This document shows positions 57,869-64,000 of a stretch of 64,000 nt of DNA, in pieces (positions within the stretch are counted from its first letter, which is position 1; the number at the start of each line of letters is the position of its first letter). The notes under the pieces are model-generated. The model searched no databases. It saw only the letters and a program-made list of their open reading frames with translations, and had not been told where the DNA came from. Source of the DNA: Candidatus Hermodarchaeum yapensis (GTDB taxonomy: Archaea > Asgardarchaeota > Hermodarchaeia > Hermodarchaeales > Hermodarchaeaceae); contig JAEOSK010000012.1 in assembly GCA_016840405.1 (NCBI GenBank), forward strand, positions 1 through 64,000, read 5' to 3'. The position numbers and the translations under genes are program-made.

Positions 57869-59725
57869 CTAGATCGAAGACATCATCTTGGCGAGTCCAA
57901 GATTTTGAATAGTTATCTTGGTTGGACGCCCATCAGTGTCACAGCCTCGTCGCTTGTAAAATTCAGTCAAGGACTCCTCGAAATCTTTGTGACTGATAAA
58001 CGCTGTGTAGCCTTTGGTGGGTCCATCTGGGATAGGCTCGTTCATGAACCGGTGTGGAAGAACATCATACCTTCGGGGTGCATCATCGTATTCACGGTTA
58101 TTGAACATCCGGGCTAGGAGCCAGATACGATTAGCTGCTTCGTTCACTGATTCTTTGGTTGCCTTAGCTCCTGTTACAGTTTCAAGTATTTCCGCACAGC
58201 CCTTAATCCCTAGCCGGGGTGAAATTGAGTGAGTGAAGTGACAAATTATCAGCGAATCTTTGAGCACTTTCAGATTTTGTTGCTCGAGAAGTGAATCTAA
58301 GACTGTAGTGGCACTAGCGTTGGGGGGTTCCGTAGTTGAAGGCCACCCACGAAGATGGCTTGGTCCAGCTGCAGCAGTTGCGTAACTAAGACCCAAACCG
58401 AGTTTACCTCGCGGATCCCAGGCAGGATACTCCAAACCCTTTGTATGGACGGCCACTTGATGGGCTTCACCATCCAATTCCGAAGCGAATTGTCGAGTAC
58501 CCTGGGCGAGTCGGTCACCGATACCTTCACGATTGGCTATCTTTGGAAGGAGCTCCAAGACACTGTTAGCATCACCAAATTCAATCTTAGCGCCTTTGAG
58601 CTCATCGGGCAACAGTCCCTTTTGTGAGAGCTCCATGAGGAATCCGATCACGTTCCCTATGCTGATGGTATCGAGCCCCAATGCGTTACACAAGTGGTTT
58701 GCATGAATTATTGCGTGTGTGTCAGCTATCCCTAAATTTCCACCCATTAAGCCCAAGGTTTCATACTCGGGAATAGCAATTTTGCCAGTTTGTCCAGCAG
58801 GAGCCCACTTGAAGTCAGGCTTTTTGAACGTCCAAGCACAACTGATCACACAACCCTCACAGGGCGTCCGTCGCTTATCATCATGATACTTTTTCTCAAT
58901 GCTTTCATCAGATATTTCCTTATGCCCCTCAAAATGGGTTGCTTGAAAATTCCGGGTCGGGAACATACCGATACTGTTTGCGTAATCTACAAGCCATGGT
59001 GTTCCGTGGTAGTGGAGGGAGTGCCCTCGTCTTTTTGCTTTTCTTGACCGTTGAACAAGTTTCTTGAGGAGGGATAATTCTTTCTCAGAATCCGGTGTGG
59101 GAATCCACACTTTTTCTGTTTGGATGGCAATGGCTTTCAACTGCTTTGCTCCAAAGACAGCACCTAATCCGCCGCGACCAAAATTCCGGAAATAATTATG
59201 TGTTAGACAAGCAAACCGAACTAAATGTTCTCCTGCTGGACCAGTGGAAAGAACTTGGGTATTGGGGTCTGCTTTTCGTAGCGCCAATTCGGTTTCATGT
59301 GTAGTTTTGCCCCAAAGATCTGTTGCATCGTTAACTGCGTGACCGTTGGGACTAATTTGAATCCAGGCCGGTTTTTCAGATTTCCCTTGAATGATGAGTA
59401 AATCATAGCCCGCTCTCTTCAATTGAGGACCAAGATTACCACCCATCTGACTATCGATGTACAGATTCGTTAGCGGGCTTTTTGAAACCGCAGCAATTCT
59501 TCCGGTAATGGGAATACGAGTGCCTTGGGCAGGACCTGCTGCCAAGTAAAACCGATTCATAGGGTCGAGAGGGTTAATCCGTGGTGGAACTTCTTGATAC
59601 AGATAGTAGGTTCCCAAGCCCTTGCCTCCAATGAATTGATGCAAGACTTCTTGGGGAATCGCCTCTTCACGAATTTGTTGAGTGGTCAAATCAACGCGAA
59701 GAAGTTTACCTTGCCATCCAAACAT
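57869..59725 (-). CDS. aor: Tungsten-containing aldehyde:ferredoxin oxidoreductase family protein
   Basis: MFGWQGKLLRVDLT, KSPLT, GRGGLGAVFGAK, CxxCxxxC, PEYET, GLDTIS, DPRG. Confidence 0.93.
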   Translation of the reverse strand: MFGWQGKLLRVDLTTQQIREEAIPQEVLHQFIGGKGLGTYYLYQEVPPRINPLDPMNRFYLAAGPAQGTRIPITGRIAAVSKSPLTNLYIDSQMGGNLGPQLKRAGYDLLIIQGKSEKPAWIQISPNGHAVNDATDLWGKTTHETELALRKADPNTQVLSTGPAGEHLVRFACLTHNYFRNFGRGGLGAVFGAKQLKAIAIQTEKVWIPTPDSEKELSLLKKLVQRSRKAKRRGHSLHYHGTPWLVDYANSIGMFPTRNFQATHFEGHKEISDESIEKKYHDDKRRTPCEGCVISCAWTFKKPDFKWAPAGQTGKIAIPEYETLGLMGGNLGIADTHAIIHANHLCNALGLDTISIGNVIGFLMELSQKGLLPDELKGAKIEFGDANSVLELLPKIANREGIGDRLAQGTRQFASELDGEAHQVAVHTKGLEYPAWDPRGKLGLGLSYATAAAGPSHLRGWPSTTEPPNASATTVLDSLLEQQNLKVLKDSLIICHFTHSISPRLGIKGCAEILETVTGAKATKESVNEAANRIWLLARMFNNREYDDAPRRYDVLPHRFMNEPIPDGPTKGYTAFISHKDFEESLTEFYKRRGCDTDGRPTKITIQNLGLAKMMSSI

Positions 59726-59916
59726 CTAGTTAACATCCCGTTACTCTGGACTTTGGCATTGAGGATGATAAAACCTTAGCGTATCTCTCAAACCAGAAAT
59801 AGATTGGGGCACCGGGGTCTTCCGGTATAATAATTCATTTAAGGCGCCATCTGACCCGACACTATAATACTGCTCAATTTCGTTTTGAGCAAGACGCCAA
59901 GGGGCTCGAACGTGCA

Positions 59917-61821
59917 GTGGAACACAAATACTCCACCCAGATGCTTGCAATCATAGTACTCGTTACGCTTATTCCATTCTTCCTAACCTCTTCAGAGCAA
60001 GAGCTAATTCCAAACGTTCTAGCAACTTCCGTCGAGTGGGATCCAACAGGACCTTTCGCTGACCGGGCAGTATTCCATGTAATTTCAAGTCAGGACCAAC
60101 AAATCGCTGCTTTAATCGATGGAAGTCTTGATCATTTAGCCGATAGTGTCAAAGCCACTTATGTTGAAACCCTTGAAGCCAACCCGAATATCGAAGTAAC
60201 CCGTACGAAAGGACTCAAAGTTGGCATCATGGCTATTAATTGTGAACGTTATCCCTACTCAATTCCAGGATTTCGCCAAGCTCTTGCCTTAGCGGTGGAT
60301 AAACATGAAGCCTTATCGATAATGTGGGAGGGGCTAGGGTTTGTTCTCGACTCACTCATTCCCCCAGCAACCGGTGTGTGGCATAACAATCAAACCACAC
60401 CGAGTTACAAGGAATCACAAGTTGAAGTTGCACGAATTGTCCTCAACCAAGCCGGGTTCATCGATATCGACAGTGATGATTTCGTTGAGGCACCGGATGG
60501 GTCAGACTTTGTTTTTCGCCCTCTCTATCCCTCTGAAAGTTCAGGATGGGGTGCGGTAATGGCTGCCATGCAAGGTTATTGGACTGATGCCGGTATTCCA
60601 GTAGCCCCTCAAGCAGTCCCAGATATCACATTAAAAGCCCTCATAGAGACCTATCCACGTGATTATGATGCTGCAAATATCGAAATTGATTTCCTTCAAC
60701 ATAACCCACTACTCTTAGAGAACTTCGTTAGTGACCAGATTCCGAATTCTGGATGGAACTTCATGAACTGGTCTAACAGCACCTATGACAACTTGATTGA
60801 TCTCATGTTAACCTCATCTGATAAAGATACAGTCCTCGATGCAGCTCATGATGCACAGCAAATCCTCGTAGGCGATATGCCCATGCTTGTGTGGTATACC
60901 AATTTAGAAGTCAATGCCCACCGAACAGACACTTGGCAAAATTTTGTAGTTGTACCAGGTTACGGGACAGGACCTATGAATCGTTGGACTCCACGAACAG
61001 TCCGCTTAAGATTTGGAGACCCATACCGCCATCCAACAAGTGGAACCGGTGGAGTCTTCGACACACTCATTAGCGAACCAATGGATTCGCAAAATCCATT
61101 AACTGCGAAAAAAGCATCAAGTCGGTACATCTTAGATCAGATATACCTCACTCTTACAGGATTAGACGATCCATTGAACCTTTCAAGTACCCTTAATGGA
61201 GGCGGTCTTGCTTTCGAGTGGTCCAAAAGAGAACTCCCCGAAGGCTACCAATTCGACTTTATCTTATACGGAAATACAACCGATATTCCTCCGGCTTTAC
61301 AAACGTCTGAAATTGATGGATACTATCAATCTTCCCCTGCATATTGGCATGACATGGGTGGTGATTTTGGAGGAAAAGTTACCGCCCATGATGTTGAATT
61401 TAGTTACAATTTGATTGTCGATAATGCAATTCCAGAGTACATCAAACAAATTCCCTATTTGAATTCCTGTGAGGCGATTGATGATTACCATGTACGCATT
61501 ACGACGAACGGAAAGAGTTACTGGGCCTTTGATTATATCCGAAACTGGGTAATCCTCCCCAAGCACATCTGGCAGGGAATCCTCAGTCCACTCCTTTTCA
61601 CGAATTCGAAACCCATCGGCTGTGGCCCCTACCAATGGTATAGACGAATTGAGGGTGAATATGTCGAACTCGTATTCTGGGAGCATTACCATGATGGTGT
61701 TCCCGGACACACGTTCGGAGCAATTCCTCCTGTAAATTATCTACTCGCCTATCTTTCCGTGGGTATTCTAATAATCGCAATTATTATTCTCGGAAGTTAC
61801 TTGTACCTCCGATCAAGGTAA
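59917..61821 (+). CDS. Family 5 (peptide/nickel-type) ABC substrate-binding protein, circularly permuted, with C-terminal TM anchor
   Basis: FRQALALAVDK in the N-terminal half; NPL, WHD..G..VTAHDVEFSY and PIGCGPY in the C-terminal half. Confidence 0.85.
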   Translation: MEHKYSTQMLAIIVLVTLIPFFLTSSEQELIPNVLATSVEWDPTGPFADRAVFHVISSQDQQIAALIDGSLDHLADSVKATYVETLEANPNIEVTRTKGLKVGIMAINCERYPYSIPGFRQALALAVDKHEALSIMWEGLGFVLDSLIPPATGVWHNNQTTPSYKESQVEVARIVLNQAGFIDIDSDDFVEAPDGSDFVFRPLYPSESSGWGAVMAAMQGYWTDAGIPVAPQAVPDITLKALIETYPRDYDAANIEIDFLQHNPLLLENFVSDQIPNSGWNFMNWSNSTYDNLIDLMLTSSDKDTVLDAAHDAQQILVGDMPMLVWYTNLEVNAHRTDTWQNFVVVPGYGTGPMNRWTPRTVRLRFGDPYRHPTSGTGGVFDTLISEPMDSQNPLTAKKASSRYILDQIYLTLTGLDDPLNLSSTLNGGGLAFEWSKRELPEGYQFDFILYGNTTDIPPALQTSEIDGYYQSSPAYWHDMGGDFGGKVTAHDVEFSYNLIVDNAIPEYIKQIPYLNSCEAIDDYHVRITTNGKSYWAFDYIRNWVILPKHIWQGILSPLLFTNSKPIGCGPYQWYRRIEGEYVELVFWEHYHDGVPGHTFGAIPPVNYLLAYLSVGILIIAIIILGSYLYLRSR

Positions 61822-61995
61822 CCATCAAATTACTCAAAAAAGCTGATTTGCTATCCTTTGATAATTTGAATTTTTTTGCTTAGAATATGAAGATATGCCT
61901 TGTTTTTCCCATTTTTTGTAAAAAATATCATTTTTTATACGAAACCTTTTTGCACTATCTTACGCTGTACGCCTTAGGGTACTACCTGGGAAAGG

Positions 61996-62589
61996 GTGAA
62001 AGTGTCAAGCAAGTTAGCACCCTCTGACATACATGAAAGAGTCACAGATCGCCCAACAGATTTTGGTATTAAAGTAGTCATGATGGGCGATGGCGCAGTG
62101 GGTAAAACGTCACTTGTACTCCGATACACCCAAAATACATTCTCACCCGAGTACAAACAGTCTTTAGGGGCAAGTTTTGCGGTCAGAGATTTAGAAATCC
62201 AAGACCAGAATGTCAAACTGGTTATTTGGGATGTCGCAGGTCAACCCTCATTTCGCCAAGTCCGCCGCCATTACTATAGCGGAGCTCATGGGGCCCTCCT
62301 ACTATTTGATGTCACAGAACCACGAACCTTTATGACCCTCCAAAACTGGTACAACGACTTTCGGAATGTAGTTCCTGACGGAGCAATAATTCTCATCGGT
62401 AATAAAGTAGATCTTGAGGAAAGTCGACAAGTCCCACCGGAAGCAGCTCAAATGCTGCAAAACTGGTGGAACATCCCTTACATCGAAACCTCCGCTGCAA
62501 ACGCCACTGGTGTCACTGATGCGTTCATCCTTGTTGCAGAAAATGCTCTAGAACGGGCAAAATCTCAAATGCGACCAAAAGAAGACTAA
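61996..62589 (+). CDS. Rab/Ras-superfamily small GTPase
   Basis: GDGAVGKT (G1), WDVAGQ (G3), GNKVD (G4), ETSA (G5), YYSGA; no C-terminal Cys. Confidence 0.95.
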   Translation: MKVSSKLAPSDIHERVTDRPTDFGIKVVMMGDGAVGKTSLVLRYTQNTFSPEYKQSLGASFAVRDLEIQDQNVKLVIWDVAGQPSFRQVRRHYYSGAHGALLLFDVTEPRTFMTLQNWYNDFRNVVPDGAIILIGNKVDLEESRQVPPEAAQMLQNWWNIPYIETSAANATGVTDAFILVAENALERAKSQMRPKED

Positions 62590-62634
62590 TCCACTTTTTT
62601 GGAATTTTTCACGTTTCGTCTCATTCAATTCATT

Positions 62635-63057
62635 CTACAGGTTGTTTCTTTCTATCAAAGTTACTTTCAGTGTGAGCCCGTCGACTCCTTCAACCAAGAT
62701 GGGCGAATTTTGGCGAATCTGATTTTGTGATTGGGCATTCCAAACTTCACCACGGACTCGAACTCTGCCAACCCAAACATCCGACTTGATTTCCCGAAAA
62801 TCGCTCAATGCCACGCCTTCTTGACCAATTAATGGATCATAAACGGGAATGTAGGCACTGGTCCAATAGGAGTAAATTTTCACAAGCGTAAAGATGACGA
62901 GTCCAAATACAACCACAATCATCCCTGGGAGTATAAGCCACGGAACAAAAACACTGAGAACCACAAAGGCGATAGTGGCAATTATGGCCTCTTCGATGAC
63001 ATTAATGATGATGAAACCATACAACCGCCTTCGAGATCTTTTCTCTTCTTGACTCAT
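62635..63057 (-). CDS. NfeD family protein (C-terminal OB fold)
   Basis: 2 TMs plus LIGQEG...GRVRVRGEVWNA...VEGVDGLTLKV. Confidence 0.88.
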   Translation of the reverse strand: MSQEEKRSRRRLYGFIIINVIEEAIIATIAFVVLSVFVPWLILPGMIVVVFGLVIFTLVKIYSYWTSAYIPVYDPLIGQEGVALSDFREIKSDVWVGRVRVRGEVWNAQSQNQIRQNSPILVEGVDGLTLKVTLIERNNL

Positions 63058-63191
63058 ATCCTAACTCCTTTCTTGATTCCCATAAGAGCTCATATGTCAT
63101 GTAAACTTCTAGATTCATAGAAAAAAGACTATCCTTTCGGTAGCCTTTTACCCCAAAGTGTCATGCACTTACATTTGGAGGCAAGTAGGTT

Positions 63192-64000
63192 ATGATTGAA
63201 GAAGCTTTAGCAAACGAGCTCAATCTCCTTCGAAAACTCGTCGAAATCAACACCACCGTCACCAGCGATAGTCGAACGGGCTACGCTGAATGCTCTGAAA
63301 TGATCCGCCTTGAAGCCCAACGAATGGGTCTAGGCACAGAAGTGTTAGACGGACGAGATGTAACTATCGATGGCGATTCACGACCAAATGTGGTGGTTTC
63401 ACTTGAAGGAACATCCGATGTGAATCTCATCTATGTAACTCACCTCGATGTCGTCCCCGCTGATCCTGAGAAATGGAAAACGCCACCATTCCAACTCCGA
63501 GTAACAAAGGATCGAGCATATGGTCGCGGTGCTGCGGACGATAAAAGCAATATCGTTGCAGCCATGTCAGCAATGGCTGAATTAGCCCAAGGCGAGCCCG
63601 AGGTTAACATCAATCTCCTTGTCACTGTTGATGAAGAAATTGGCGGGAGAGCCGGGATTGAGTACTTATTCAAGGATTTGAAGATGCGTGGCCATGCGGG
63701 AGTTGTCATTGACAGTGCCCCTAACTATGTCAGTATAGGGGCTAGTGGAGCCCTTTGGGGTCGAGTAACCATCAAAGGTGAAGGAGGGCACAGTGGATAT
63801 CCCCACAAGGCAGATAATGCCATTTATCGTGCTACAAGATATATCGACAAACTCCGGGAATATCATTCAAAGGTATCCAAGGTTCGAAGCAAGATCCCCG
63901 CTCCTCCACAAGCTCCGTATCCTAAGGTTCATGGTCGATTCACAATCACTATGATCCATGCAGGGGAGAAAGAAAATGTAATTCCTGGTGACTGTGAAAT
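63192..64000 (+). CDS. M20 family metallopeptidase/deacylase (ArgE/DapE-like), truncated by the window end
   Basis: My translation from ATG 63192 gives THLDVVP, YGRGAADDK, DEEIGG, GHSG; absent from the ORF track because it has no stop in the window. Confidence 0.9.
   Translation, partial: MIEEALANELNLLRKLVEINTTVTSDSRTGYAECSEMIRLEAQRMGLGTEVLDGRDVTIDGDSRPNVVVSLEGTSDVNLIYVTHLDVVPADPEKWKTPPFQLRVTKDRAYGRGAADDKSNIVAAMSAMAELAQGEPEVNINLLVTVDEEIGGRAGIEYLFKDLKMRGHAGVVIDSAPNYVSIGASGALWGRVTIKGEGGHSGYPHKADNAIYRATRYIDKLREYHSKVSKVRSKIPAPPQAPYPKVHGRFTITMIHAGEKENVIPGDCE

Noticed and set aside
61996-62589. Prenylated true Rab and substrate of the prenyltransferase-repeat protein
   Set aside because: The GTPase has no C-terminal cysteine and the repeat protein is predicted to be extracellular
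1-64000. CRISPR arrays, tRNA/rRNA, SRP/RNase P RNA, transposases, integrases
   Set aside because: No regularly spaced repeats, cloverleaf/T-loop signatures or mobile-element motifs seen by eye; a covariance-model scan would be needed to exclude them fully

Overview
A gene-dense archaeal chromosomal segment of about 60 CDSs, most likely from an Asgard archaeon (Promethearchaeota; lineage not resolvable here). The call rests on a Rab-like small GTPase, roadblock and longin proteins, a histone-fold protein, RadA, an AfpA-type flavoprotein, a tungsten AOR, TATA boxes and GAGGTGA-type SD motifs. I found no rRNA, tRNA, CRISPR array or recognisable mobile element. Most genes encode metabolic, transport or cell-surface proteins. 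The most interesting region is about 24.9-34.1 kb, a cluster of proteins resembling eukaryotic trafficking components: an MIT-like plus PLD protein with the architecture of MITD1, a roadblock protein, a longin + DENN-like + winged-helix protein reminiscent of FLCN/C9orf72/NPRL2, an alpha-SNAP-like helical protein and an alpha3-truncated histone. Other highlights are an exonuclease-deleted PolB1 derivative with altered motif B and two PIP-like boxes near a stand-alone LigD phosphoesterase, an EamA-RAM fusion with a free RAM partner, a secreted prenyltransferase-repeat protein, several structured non-coding elements (radA leader, rimK 3' region), two unannotated micro-ORFs and a probable CTG start. 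All family assignments come from recognising motifs by eye and have not been checked against databases.
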